Below are positions 34,937 through 43,879 of a stretch of 64,000 nucleotides of DNA, piece by piece. This stretch comes from a virus (lineage: Duplodnaviria > Heunggongvirae > Uroviricota > Caudoviricetes). Below the pieces are notes generated by a model that had not been told where the DNA came from, ran no database searches, and saw only the letters and a list, made by a program, of their open reading frames with translations. A program made the translations under genes and the position numbers. Each line of letters opens with the position of its first letter. Positions within the stretch are counted from its first letter, which is position 1. The DNA lies in IMG/VR virus record IMGVR_UViG_2627854282_000001, positions 49,354 through 113,353 of that record; one strand, given 5' to 3'.

Positions 34937-37271
34937 GGGGGATGTTTCCCCTGTCGTCGACAGAGAGGGCGATGGCGACCTGCCTCACCCAGATCGGTTG
35001 GCTGGAAAGCATAAAAGTCTGCCCGGTCATCGCCAGCAGCAGCGTCGTTGCCATGACGCTGGCGATCTCGGCCGCGGCATCCGGAGGAACCGCGTTGCCG
35101 ATCCGCTCGCGCCAGGCTGAATCGGAGTTGCCGTCCAGCTTGAAGTCCGCGACCTCGTCCGGGTCGACCAGACTTTGCAGCGCGGCCAGTTCGAGGGTTG
35201 TGAACGGCCGATGCCAAGTGTTGTCGAGCGCGCGGATCACCGCCACGAGACGGTCTTCCGGCTTCGGGAGTTGGATCAGCGGCTCGGCCGTTGTTTCGCG
35301 CGGGTCGGCGACTGACCAGTGGCCGCGATCGTACTTGGCATAGCCGGGCACGGCGTAGCCGGTTCCCTCCCACGGCACGACGCCGTAGTGACCGCCGGTC
35401 TGGTAGTGATCACGCTTCGCGTTGAGCCCGACCGGACGAGGATCGGCGACTGAGAAGGCGCCGTTCGATGGCATTGTCTCGCCTTGAACGGTTCCGGTCG
35501 TATCATCGTACCCGTTGACGCCGTATGCGCCATTGCGCAGGTCTTCGATTGGGCGAGGGTCGGCTACGCTCAGAGCGCCGCCGGCGACATGCTTCGCGCC
35601 GGAGATGACCTTGGCAGAATCCTCCCAATCGGTGACGGCGAGGATGTTCTGGTGTGCGTTCTCACCGTAACCGGGCCTCGGATCAGCGACGGCGCCGCCG
35701 CCCGACAGGATCCTGGCACCCGAGACGACATTCGCCGGCTCCTCCCAGCCCTTGACGTGAAGCTTGCTGCCGTGAGCATTCTCGCCCCAATTCAACGACG
35801 GGTCGGCGACAGCATACGCGCCGTTGCCCGTGGTCGATGCGGCTATGACAGCGCCCGACGATTCCTGCATCTCGGTGACGCGATATTTCGTCTGCTTGTA
35901 GTCGTCGCGCTGCGAGGGACGCGGATCGGCGACGGCCAGACCGCCGGCCGGGCCGCCAGGACCGGCAACCGCCGGCGCCGAGCCAGCCCATGGCACAATC
36001 CGAAACGTGTTGTTGAAACGTGGCTTTCCCTGCATGCGCGGATCGGAGACCGCATACGGTCCCGTGCCCACCGAGACATCGCCTTTCACACAGGCCGCGG
36101 TCTGCTCCCATTTGCGAACGCCCAGCTGTACCGACTTCTCGTGGCCGTCGATTCGAGGGTCAGCGACGGAGAAGCGCCCCTGCTGTGGCGACCGCTGGCC
36201 GCGAACGAGCGATGCCGGCTCCTCCCATTTGCCGACGCCGAGAAGTCCCGTCCGATCGTCGGGGAAATTCTCTGGGTTCGGGTCGGCAACAGCAAAGGCG
36301 CCGTTCGTCGGCGTGGATCGACCGGCGACGACGCCGCTCGGATCCTCCCAGCGGTTGACCCCAAGCACGCCATGGTGCCAGTCGACATCCGGCAAGATGC
36401 CGAAATCCCGCAGCATGCCGTTTTCGACCGCCAGTTTGTTGAGCGATCGCCAGTCGGAACCGGCTTCGACGAAGGCGAGGCGCACCCAGGTCTTCCATTG
36501 CAGCGCTGGCATCCGGTGCATCGGGCCGCCGGCTGGATCGCCCGGCCGCGGCAGCTTGCCTATGACCTCGCCGACGCCGCGCAGCCGGCGCTGTTCCGGC
36601 TCATATAGGAACGGCGGCACCTTCGCTTCATGCCGCGCGACCATCAGGAAGCGCTTGCGGCTTTGGCCGAGGCCACCGATGACGCCGCAGTCGTGCGCGG
36701 TTTCACGGACCGCATATCCGTAGGAGCGAAGGAGCGCGATGATCTGGTCGAGCAGCTTGCGGCCGCGCTTCATGATCCGCGGCACATTCTCGAAGATGAT
36801 GAGCTCGGGCGGGTCGTCCTTCCAGGTTTCGAGCATCAGCCAGACGCCACGCAGCGTGAGCGCATTCAGCGCCTGGTATTTGTCGGTGATGCTGGATGCT
36901 TCGGGCAGAAGGCCGGAGAAGCCCTTGCATGGCGCCGAGAGGAAGACCGCATTCGGCCGTTCGCCATGTGCGGCCCGACGGATGTCGTCGATCGTGCATT
37001 CCCGCCAGCCCGCCGGCGGCTCGCGACCCCAGAAGGCTCGATACTGTTCGCGGCTGAAGAGATCGATGACGGTGCCCGGCACGCCGACGGCGCGCGTGAA
37101 ATCCCGGATGCCGGCCGGATCGCTGTCGACCCCGCCGATGCAGCGCCACTTGCCTTTCAGATTGCCGACGCGGGCAGTGCCCTTGTTGAAGCCCTTGCCG
37201 CCGCCGCCGAGGCCGCAGAAGAAATGGAAATGCGTGAACTCGACCTCGGCCGCCGCCCCGGATGCAATCAT
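34929..37271 (-). CDS. C5-cytosine DNA methyltransferase with ~480-aa tandem-repeat target-recognition region (780 aa)
   Basis: Motif I FHFFCGLGGGGKGF, IV SAPCKGFSG, VI IIFENVP, VIII SRKRFLMVA and X RERIGNAVPP. Between VIII and IX lie about 8 degenerate repeats: W-E-x-P-x-x-V-x-G-x6-8-G-x-[FY]-[AS]-V-[AS]-D-P-R. Confidence 0.8.
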   Translation of the reverse strand: MIASGAAAEVEFTHFHFFCGLGGGGKGFNKGTARVGNLKGKWRCIGGVDSDPAGIRDFTRAVGVPGTVIDLFSREQYRAFWGREPPAGWRECTIDDIRRAAHGERPNAVFLSAPCKGFSGLLPEASSITDKYQALNALTLRGVWLMLETWKDDPPELIIFENVPRIMKRGRKLLDQIIALLRSYGYAVRETAHDCGVIGGLGQSRKRFLMVARHEAKVPPFLYEPEQRRLRGVGEVIGKLPRPGDPAGGPMHRMPALQWKTWVRLAFVEAGSDWRSLNKLAVENGMLRDFGILPDVDWHHGVLGVNRWEDPSGVVAGRSTPTNGAFAVADPNPENFPDDRTGLLGVGKWEEPASLVRGQRSPQQGRFSVADPRIDGHEKSVQLGVRKWEQTAACVKGDVSVGTGPYAVSDPRMQGKPRFNNTFRIVPWAGSAPAVAGPGGPAGGLAVADPRPSQRDDYKQTKYRVTEMQESSGAVIAASTTGNGAYAVADPSLNWGENAHGSKLHVKGWEEPANVVSGARILSGGGAVADPRPGYGENAHQNILAVTDWEDSAKVISGAKHVAGGALSVADPRPIEDLRNGAYGVNGYDDTTGTVQGETMPSNGAFSVADPRPVGLNAKRDHYQTGGHYGVVPWEGTGYAVPGYAKYDRGHWSVADPRETTAEPLIQLPKPEDRLVAVIRALDNTWHRPFTTLELAALQSLVDPDEVADFKLDGNSDSAWRERIGNAVPPDAAAEIASVMATTLLLAMTGQTFMLSSQPIWVRQVAIALSVDDRGNIPHE
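35350..36400 (-). repeat. about 8 degenerate ~120-nt tandem repeats inside the methyltransferase gene
   Basis: Plus-strand units such as CGGGTCGGCGAC-N8-10-GCGCCGTT (reverse complement of the VADPR core) recur about every 120 nt, near 35433, 35550, 35680, 35800, 35920, 36040, 36160 and 36280. Confidence 0.6.
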
Positions 37272-37666
37272 TTTCGCTTCGGCCCTCCGCTCTTGTTCAT
37301 CGAAAACCCCGGCGAGTTGATGATGCAGTAGTGGTCGAGATGCCGCTCCGCGTCCGTCAGAAGACGCATCTCACGCGGATTCAGAACCATCACCCTCTCA
37401 TCGTCCGGCAGCGTCTTTGCTTGCGCGATGACGCCGTTCAGAAATTCCAGAATGCGGGTGATCGAGAATTCAGTTACCTCGACGCCCACACCGCGATTCT
37501 TGTGCGTCTCCAGATATCGAGTAACCGCCCAGAGCGTTCGGGCGCCCTCGATGCCGAGATGCACTTCCACTTTCCAGGCCGCGACGTGTCCGCGCGGCTT
37601 ATTCCGATCGAGAATTCCTCTCAGAAAATCTCGTGCCGACGTCGCGTCGATGTCGGCCAGTCTCAT
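37268..37666 (-). CDS. hypothetical protein (132 aa)
   Basis: ORF whose stop overlaps the methyltransferase start. Confidence 0.45.
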   Translation of the reverse strand: MRLADIDATSARDFLRGILDRNKPRGHVAAWKVEVHLGIEGARTLWAVTRYLETHKNRGVGVEVTEFSITRILEFLNGVIAQAKTLPDDERVMVLNPREMRLLTDAERHLDHYCIINSPGFSMNKSGGPKRK

Positions 37667-37675
37667 TCCAGTTCC

Positions 37676-38212
37676 TCATCGCCTGCGCCGCGGCAGCCCT
37701 AGATGCGCCTTGCGCGCGTGGTACTTGCAATATGGCGGAATCCCGCCCGTGGCGGCGCCGCAGAAATAGAAATCGCTGTGCTGCGGATCGCCGATCGGCC
37801 AGCGGCATGTCTTATCCGTCAACTCTGGCATCGAAAGCTTCAGTGGCTCCGGCTCAGGCAGATCGACCACCGTTTCGGGTCGATCATCCTTCTCGAAGAG
37901 CGGGTCGTCATCATCCTCGATGACGGCCTTCCTTCTTGCCTTTGGCGGTTCCGGCTGTTTCGCCGGCAGCCGCGGATTGATCGGCTTCTCCTTTGCCTTC
38001 TTGGCGGGCCGCGGTGCGGGCTCGGCGTTGCCGATGAGGCGAGGCAACGTGATCTTGCTCCGCAGCGGCACCTTTGCGCGCTCGGCGAGCCCGATGATGG
38101 CATTCCTGGTGCAGCCGCCAATCTCGGCGGCGATCTGGCTGGCGCTGAGCCCATCCTTGACCCCTTGCTGGATGCGCTTGATCCGCTCCTCTCGCGAAAT
38201 CTTATCCCACAT
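37676..38212 (-). CDS. gcrA: GcrA cell-cycle regulator homolog (178 aa)
   Basis: N-terminal GLSASQIAAEIGGCTRNAIIGLAERAKV, a Pro/Lys-rich linker and C-terminal CRWPIGDP...FCG...YCKYH match GcrA family architecture. Confidence 0.75.
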   Translation of the reverse strand: MWDKISREERIKRIQQGVKDGLSASQIAAEIGGCTRNAIIGLAERAKVPLRSKITLPRLIGNAEPAPRPAKKAKEKPINPRLPAKQPEPPKARRKAVIEDDDDPLFEKDDRPETVVDLPEPEPLKLSMPELTDKTCRWPIGDPQHSDFYFCGAATGGIPPYCKYHARKAHLGLPRRRR

Positions 38213-38810
38213 TGTCGCGCACCGTGGGCGGCAGCTTGAAGAGACCGTTGGCCGCCGGCGTATAGGGGTTGATCTGCTTGTTGAGTGTCCAGACGATCCC
38301 CGCGGCCTCAGCGGCGTCGGCGCTGGAAATGCTGATGCCGAGACGCGCGCACATCGCCTTCGATTCCTTCTTGGCGTCGCTTGGCCTGCCGTTGCCGAGA
38401 AAGTCCTTTCTCCACGTCGCCTGGTGGATGAAACGGACCGGGATGTTGAAGCGTGCGCACATCGCGCATGCGATCATCGACATGCCGTAGATGCGGTAAA
38501 CCGCGGAAAGACTGGCGCCCTTTTCGGTAGTCTTGATCAGCGATTTGCCTGCCCACGTTGAGGAAGTGTTCGACGGCAGCGGCGCCTCGATGGCGACCAT
38601 CTCCACTCGGCTGTCCATCAACCAAACGCGGACGAAATCTTCAAAGAGCCGTCCGATCTTTGCCTCATGCTCGGCGTCGAGCGCCTTCTCGTCCTCCAGG
38701 ATGTTTCTCTTCCTGGTCGGCCCTTTGAAGGTCTGCGTGGTGATGACGCCGTCATCGTCCATTACCGCAGCCCCGGTCGTCGTCGCGATGTCTAGGGCGC
38801 CAATCTTCAT
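38202..38810 (-). CDS. RuvC-like Holliday-junction resolvase (202 aa)
   Basis: ATG at 38808-38810. MKIGALDIATTTGAAV...VAIEAPLP...ADAAEAAGI fits the RuvC/RNase-H-fold catalytic D-E-D-D layout. Confidence 0.6.
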   Translation of the reverse strand: MKIGALDIATTTGAAVMDDDGVITTQTFKGPTRKRNILEDEKALDAEHEAKIGRLFEDFVRVWLMDSRVEMVAIEAPLPSNTSSTWAGKSLIKTTEKGASLSAVYRIYGMSMIACAMCARFNIPVRFIHQATWRKDFLGNGRPSDAKKESKAMCARLGISISSADAAEAAGIVWTLNKQINPYTPAANGLFKLPPTVRDNVG

Positions 38811-39106
38811 GCAGGTGCCCCCGGCCCGAAGATGGCGCGCAGCCGCGCATAGCGGGTCACGTCCTCGGCAATCCAACCGGTTCGCCGGTGGTAATTGATC
38901 TCGCCACTGAGCACGCTGATGCGCTGCTCGTCGGTCATCTCTTCGCCAGGACAATCCGTGGGAAGCTCGCCCTCGATGCCGGCGCAGCGCGTACAGATCG
39001 CGGCGCCCCAACTGCAGATCGCGCAGCGCTCCATGCTGCAGTTGCAGCGTCGATAGAGATGTTTTGGAAAGATGATCATGCGTTCCTCGAAACCGGAGCG
39101 GTTCAC
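38807..39106 (-). CDS. Cys-rich small protein (99 aa; alternative start 39079)
   Basis: CNCSMERCAICSWGAAICTRC cluster; GAGGA SD before the internal ATG at 39079. Confidence 0.4.
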   Translation of the reverse strand: MNRSGFEERMIIFPKHLYRRCNCSMERCAICSWGAAICTRCAGIEGELPTDCPGEEMTDEQRISVLSGEINYHRRTGWIAEDVTRYARLRAIFGPGAPA

Positions 39107-39142
39107 ATCGGACCCGCTCCGGCAGTTCCTGGTCTCAGCATC

Positions 39143-39865
39143 TCAGGCGGTGGCTGCTTCTGCGGTCTTTTGTGCCTCGATGTCGGTGTCGTCCGGCCAC
39201 TTCTCGTCGCCAGCCACATCGGCGGCCCCAGCGCCAGCAGTCTGGCCGGAAGCGGCCTCGTCGAAGACGTCCGGTTTATCGGACTGGTCCTTGCCCTCCT
39301 CGCGGAGCAACTCCGGCGCGCCCGGATCGGCCGGCTTCTGCTTGAAGCCGGCGGCAAGGATTGCCTGGCCTTCGTGCCAACCTTCGATCCATTTATCGAA
39401 GGCTTCGGTTCCAGGGGCATGCGGAGGCTTGCAATCCTCGCCCTTCATGCCGGCGCGCTTGCCGTCTTCAAAGGCCTTCTCGGCAATCGGCCGGCGATCG
39501 AGATCGAACTCGCCCTGCGAACCGACGGGAAGCCCCGCCCAGCGCGCGACGCGAAGCTCGCGCTCGCGACGGGCCTTGAATTCCTTCTCGCCTTCGGGTG
39601 TTTCGAGCTCCTCGAGCAGCTTGATCTCCTTCAGGCCGTGCTCGCCGAGCTCGGTCTTGATAAGGCGATCATGGTTCATGCGGTTGGCCTTCGCCGTCTT
39701 CTCCTCGGCGACGAGCTTGGCGCGCTTCTGTGCAAGTTGCCTGGTCAGCGCCTGCAGCTGGTCGTCGCTGATGGCTTCCACCGTCCGGTTGTCGCCGGGC
39801 CGGCCGCCAGGCGGCGCCACCGGCGCCAGCTTAGGCTTATTCTTCGAGCCTTTCGGGCGTGCCAA
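39143..39865 (-). CDS. hypothetical protein with AT-hook-like N-terminus (240 aa)
   Basis: MARPKGSKNKPK... then a charged coiled-coil region; function not recognised. Confidence 0.5.
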   Translation of the reverse strand: MARPKGSKNKPKLAPVAPPGGRPGDNRTVEAISDDQLQALTRQLAQKRAKLVAEEKTAKANRMNHDRLIKTELGEHGLKEIKLLEELETPEGEKEFKARRERELRVARWAGLPVGSQGEFDLDRRPIAEKAFEDGKRAGMKGEDCKPPHAPGTEAFDKWIEGWHEGQAILAAGFKQKPADPGAPELLREEGKDQSDKPDVFDEAASGQTAGAGAADVAGDEKWPDDTDIEAQKTAEAATA

Positions 39866-39867
39866 AG

Positions 39868-40140
39868 TCAGATCCTCCCCTTGAGCTCGGCGGCCGGCTT
39901 GAACTTCAGCGCGCGGCCGGCGGGGATGTCGACCGGCGCGCCCGTCGCGGGATTGCGGCCCTTGCGCGCCGCCGTCGCCTTGACGCTGAAGATGCCGAAG
40001 CCGCCGAGGTGGACGCGATCGCCGCCGGCAAGCTTCTCGCCGATGATGTCGAGGGCTGCGTCCACCGCGCGCAATGCGTCGGACTTGGGCATCTGGATCT
40101 TCTCGGCGACGGCCGCCGCGATATCCGATTTCGTTGTCAT
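39868..40140 (-). CDS. HU/IHF-family DNA-binding protein (90 aa)
   Basis: GGFGIFSVKATAARKGRNPATGAPVDIPAGRALKFKPAAELK is the HU beta-arm signature. Confidence 0.8.
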   Translation of the reverse strand: MTTKSDIAAAVAEKIQMPKSDALRAVDAALDIIGEKLAGGDRVHLGGFGIFSVKATAARKGRNPATGAPVDIPAGRALKFKPAAELKGRI

Positions 40141-40165
40141 TTCACCTTTCCTTCCGTTTTGCCGC

Positions 40166-40846
40166 TCATGCGGCGGTTGACGCCGGTTTGGCGTTCAGGA
40201 GTCCCGTCTGGTTTCCCCATGAAACCCAGCCGGGCCGATCCGCTCTCGAGAAAAGCTCGACATAAGGACCGTCAAAGAGTGTCTCGATGCGCTCGTATTG
40301 TTCATCCGGTTTCTGGCTGTGGACGCGCCGCGGCTGCCGGATCGCGTCGAGAGGCATTGCCTCGATAAAATCTCGGACGCTGCGCACGCCGACGGGAACA
40401 ACGGCCGGCCCGAGCATGTCGCTCTCGATGGGCTGACGCAGCTGCGGATCGCCCTTCATGCAAAGGACGCAGGGTTCCAGATTCTTGCGAGTGCCGTACC
40501 CGCCTCCGAAGGCGTACTTGCCGGTCTTGGGATTGTATTTCAGCCACTCCCAGCCGAGCCCGCCATAATCCAGGCCAAGAGCTCTGATCACCCGGGCCCA
40601 TTCCATCATCAGCGGCCATGTGAACCAGATGAACACTGCACAGTCGTCTGCCATCAGTGCATCGATCGGGACCGAGCAAATCTCCTCGATCGAGAGACAG
40701 TCGTAATGCCGCTGCGGAGCCTTTCCCTGCCCTTTGTCGGACCAGTGCTCGAACTCCCACGGGAAGTCGATCAGCATGGTCTTGAAGCCGCCGGTGGGAC
40801 GAATTTCGGCGAACTGCTTGGTAACGAGGGCGACGTCCAGGCTCAT
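40166..40846 (-). CDS. MT-A70-family N6-adenine DNA methyltransferase (226 aa)
   Basis: LIDFPWEF (DPPW-type motif) and C-terminal HSQKPDEQYERIETLFDGPYVELFSRADRPGWVSWGNQ. Confidence 0.8.
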   Translation of the reverse strand: MSLDVALVTKQFAEIRPTGGFKTMLIDFPWEFEHWSDKGQGKAPQRHYDCLSIEEICSVPIDALMADDCAVFIWFTWPLMMEWARVIRALGLDYGGLGWEWLKYNPKTGKYAFGGGYGTRKNLEPCVLCMKGDPQLRQPIESDMLGPAVVPVGVRSVRDFIEAMPLDAIRQPRRVHSQKPDEQYERIETLFDGPYVELFSRADRPGWVSWGNQTGLLNAKPASTAA

Positions 40847-41100
40847 GCCGGCGTCTTTCGGATCATGACGACGTTGCCGCGTTGCCGCGCGATCCGGTAA
40901 CCGTTTGAGGGACCGGCGTCCTCAATCTGACACAGGTTGAAGTAGAAGGAGGTGTAGGCGATGAGCCGGTTCAACCCCTTCGGGATGAATCCTGCTTCTG
41001 CCATTAGATTCTCAATGGTTTCCCATTGCCCCGCATGAGCTTCAAGCGCAAGAAAGAGGCGGTCCTTCGGGCTCAGCAGGCGATCTGGTATCGACATCAT
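40843..41100 (-). CDS. hypothetical protein (85 aa)
   Basis: ATG at 41098-41100 overlaps the sigma-factor stop (ATGA); MMSIPDRLLSPKDRLFLALEAHAG... Confidence 0.45.
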   Translation of the reverse strand: MMSIPDRLLSPKDRLFLALEAHAGQWETIENLMAEAGFIPKGLNRLIAYTSFYFNLCQIEDAGPSNGYRIARQRGNVVMIRKTPA

Positions 41101-41996
41101 GCCGCGCACCGCTTCTTGTCCCGGCCCCGGCGATCGGGCAGCCGGCTTCGCTTGCCGGTGAGACGCGCCTGGAGATAACCGAAGGCATCCTTCTCGACTT
41201 GGCGGATGCGTTCCTTCGAAACGGCGAAATGGTCGCCGAGCTCCTCCAGCGTCGCCATGTCGTCGGAGAGCCATCGCGCTTGGATGATCACCTTCTGCCG
41301 ATCGGAGAGATCGCGTATCGCGGCGCGCAACTTCTTCGACATCCGTTCGCCATCGATGGTTTGCTCGACAAACTCATCGGGGAGAGGATCTGTCGACGGC
41401 ATCGCGTCGCCGAAGGTAATCCCACCGGCATCGTTCGTGTCGGCGATGGCGGCCACCGGCATGTCCAGAGAATAGGTCGGGTGGGCCAGCCGCTCCGCCA
41501 TGCTCGCCACCTGCTGAGCGGTGACGCCGATGAGCTCGGCCACTCTTGCCGTGATCTGGTCGCGGTGCCACGCCGGATATTGAGCCTCGACGCGCCGGTA
41601 GACGCTGCGGCATTGGAAGAAGAGCCGTTTGCCCGCCACTGTCGAACTCGAACCGACGACGGAGAAGTTCCGGAAAATGAATTCCTGGATCGCGGAACGC
41701 ACCCACCAGCTTGCGTATGTCCCGAAACGGATGCCCAACTCCGGATCGAATCTCCGGGCCGCCTGGAGCAGCCCGAGCTGACCTTCCTGTTTCAGGTCAT
41801 CATCGGGGAGGCCGTAGTTGCGGTATCGGCGTGCCATGCCGCCGACAAGCGGGGTGTAAGCAAGGATCAGCTTATGGAGCGCTTTCTCATCATGATGGTC
41901 CCGCCAGCGCCGGGCGAGATCCATCTCGGCGTCGCGACCGAGCATCGGATGACGGCGACGGCCGTCGAACGGCACGTAGGGTGATGATGATTGCAT
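41097..41996 (-). CDS. sigma-70-family RNA polymerase sigma factor (299 aa)
   Basis: Region 2 LILAYTPLVGGMARRY...DLKQEGQLGLLQAARRFDPELGIRFGTYASWWVRSAIQEFI and region 4 LSDRQKVIIQARW...ATLEELGDHFAVSKERIRQVEKDA. ATG at 41994-41996. Confidence 0.8.
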   Translation of the reverse strand: MQSSSPYVPFDGRRRHPMLGRDAEMDLARRWRDHHDEKALHKLILAYTPLVGGMARRYRNYGLPDDDLKQEGQLGLLQAARRFDPELGIRFGTYASWWVRSAIQEFIFRNFSVVGSSSTVAGKRLFFQCRSVYRRVEAQYPAWHRDQITARVAELIGVTAQQVASMAERLAHPTYSLDMPVAAIADTNDAGGITFGDAMPSTDPLPDEFVEQTIDGERMSKKLRAAIRDLSDRQKVIIQARWLSDDMATLEELGDHFAVSKERIRQVEKDAFGYLQARLTGKRSRLPDRRGRDKKRCAA

Positions 41997-42048
41997 TCCC
42001 CGTGCCTCTCCCAAAGCCACGGTGCGCGCCGCCGCCCGGCGCCGGCGA

Positions 42049-42417
42049 TCAGATGTGGGATGCGAGCTGGGTACGGGCGCCGTCGAGCGCGCGGATCGTC
42101 TCGTTGACCTGGAAAAGTTCCGCCTTGTATTCGGCGAGACGGTCGTCTCGCAGCGTCTTCGCTGCAGAGACCGCCTTCTCAAAATCGGCGTTCGCCGACG
42201 CCATGTTCTGCTCGAGCCGTGAACCCTGACGGCGAAGACGGTCGATAGAATTGACCAATCCGTTCTTCGCGGCGGCGATAAGGGTCCTGGCCGTTGAAGC
42301 CGGCGCTGCCTTGTCCAATTCCTGGTCGGCCAGTGCCAACGAGATATCGTCAGCCACCTGGTCATGAGTTTCATCGGCTTCCTTCACGACGCGAATCTTG
42401 GCCTGCTGTGTAGCCAT
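42049..42417 (-). CDS. hypothetical coiled-coil protein (122 aa)
   Basis: ORF upstream of the sigma gene; alanine-rich helical composition. Confidence 0.45.
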   Translation of the reverse strand: MATQQAKIRVVKEADETHDQVADDISLALADQELDKAAPASTARTLIAAAKNGLVNSIDRLRRQGSRLEQNMASANADFEKAVSAAKTLRDDRLAEYKAELFQVNETIRALDGARTQLASHI

Positions 42418-42497
42418 GGATTGGCCCTCCTGCTTTTGTGGGTTTGGGGTCGCCGGGATTGAGGCTCCCGGCCGGCCTACTCAGGCACGCCGCACTG

Positions 42498-43103
42498 CTA
42501 CTGAACGGAGAGGAACGGCACCGAGGAACCGGGAATCATGCTGGTCGGCAGTGTGCCGTTCCACTTCTCCGCCTTGGTGAGTTCTACGAGCAAAGGATTG
42601 TTGGATAGCGCGGCGGCGCGCGCCTTGATGGCGTCGGCTTCGGCGGTGCCCTGCACCTGCGTCGCATAGGCTTTTGCGTCGGCCTCGGCCTTGACGGATT
42701 TCGCGCGGCCTTCCGCCTGAGTGACGGCGATGTCGGCCTTGATCTTCTCCTGCTGGAGCGTCTGCTCCTGCTTCTGGACCTCGACCTGGGCCGTCATCCG
42801 CGCCTCCACGGCCAGCATCTCGCCTCTTTCGTCGGACCGGCAGGTTCGCTTGGCAGAGCCGTCGGGGTTGGTCTCGCAGGTCCAGTAGACCACCTGCTGC
42901 TGGGTGCTTATTTTGACCACTGACTGGAACCACGGCGCTTTGAAATGGAGCCCCGGCCCCACCGTCTCGGTATAGGCGCCATTGGTGAGGAGGACGCCGC
43001 GCTGACCCTGGTCGATCGTAAACCACGATCCGAATGCGATGATGACGGCCACGAGGACGAGCAGCGCGGCGAATGCAACGGAAATGATCTGTCGGGAGCC
43101 CAT
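42498..43103 (-). CDS. SPFH/band-7 (stomatin/prohibitin-like) membrane protein (201 aa)
   Basis: N-terminal transmembrane segment, then QRGVLLTNGAYTETVGPGLHFKAPWFQSVVKISTQ (SPFH core). Confidence 0.75.
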   Translation of the reverse strand: MGSRQIISVAFAALLVLVAVIIAFGSWFTIDQGQRGVLLTNGAYTETVGPGLHFKAPWFQSVVKISTQQQVVYWTCETNPDGSAKRTCRSDERGEMLAVEARMTAQVEVQKQEQTLQQEKIKADIAVTQAEGRAKSVKAEADAKAYATQVQGTAEADAIKARAAALSNNPLLVELTKAEKWNGTLPTSMIPGSSVPFLSVQ

Positions 43104-43113
43104 GGGATGCCTT

Positions 43114-43377
43114 TCAGCTGGAGGGATAGCTTGAGTTTTCCGCGGTCAGTTTGCTGATAAGCTGCGCGACGTCGCCGACCGTGACGAGCTGGAACATCTG
43201 ATCGTCGTTGATCTCGATAGAGAACTCTTCCTCGATCGCCATCACCACCCGGACGATATCGAGGCTGTCGGCGAGGAGGTCGTCTTCGAGTTTGGTCTCA
43301 CCCGTGATCGTCACTTCCTGGTCGCCGAGCGTGTCGACCAGGATGCTTTTCAGCCTGGGATCGACTTCAGTTGCCAT
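43114..43377 (-). CDS. acyl-carrier-protein-like protein (87 aa)
   Basis: LEDDLLADSLDIVRVVMAIEEEFSIEI contains the ACP phosphopantetheine-attachment motif (D-S-L). ATG at 43375-43377 with AAGGA SD. Confidence 0.6.
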   Translation of the reverse strand: MATEVDPRLKSILVDTLGDQEVTITGETKLEDDLLADSLDIVRVVMAIEEEFSIEINDDQMFQLVTVGDVAQLISKLTAENSSYPSS

Positions 43378-43822
43378 GGATTCCTTGAACCTTCGACGAT
43401 CGATCGCGAGCATGACGCGCTCGTAGACCATTGACGCTACGCCCTTCATGAGCCGCCGCATGTTTCCCCCTAAGCCGAAGCCTTTCGGCGCGATATTTCG
43501 CGGCCGCGGCTTCCGGTTTTTCGCAAAACTCTTCGTATTTCATCATCAAGTTTACGAGGGTTTCCCCATCCACAAACTTCATGTCCTTCGACCGGTGCCA
43601 GATCCTCGCAGCCATTGACGGACGGATTCCGGCGCAATCGGCAGCATCATCTCTCGCCGACGCCCACGTATCGACACGCGGGCCCCGATGGAGCCACTTC
43701 GCCAATGATTCCAGCCAGAAGGATGCCTTCTCGGGGTAGGACATCCCTTCGGTGTCAGCCATGGCCCTCAATTTTGGCCCAGCAGAAACTGTGTCGGATT
43801 CGACAAAACTCGTGTCGGACAT
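43367..43822 (-). CDS. hypothetical protein (151 aa)
   Basis: ATG at 43820-43822 with GAAGGAG SD (MSDTSFVESDTVSAGPK...). Confidence 0.45.
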   Translation of the reverse strand: MSDTSFVESDTVSAGPKLRAMADTEGMSYPEKASFWLESLAKWLHRGPRVDTWASARDDAADCAGIRPSMAARIWHRSKDMKFVDGETLVNLMMKYEEFCEKPEAAAAKYRAERLRLRGKHAAAHEGRSVNGLRARHARDRSSKVQGIHGN

Positions 43823-43879
43823 ACTCAACTCCTTCGACTACAACTGGCCACATCGAAGAAGACAGAAAGGAAATCAGAT

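Noticed and set aside
35484-36608. 374-aa plus-strand ORF
   Set aside because: Antisense to the repeat region of the C5-methyltransferase gene; repetitive R/G-rich translation.
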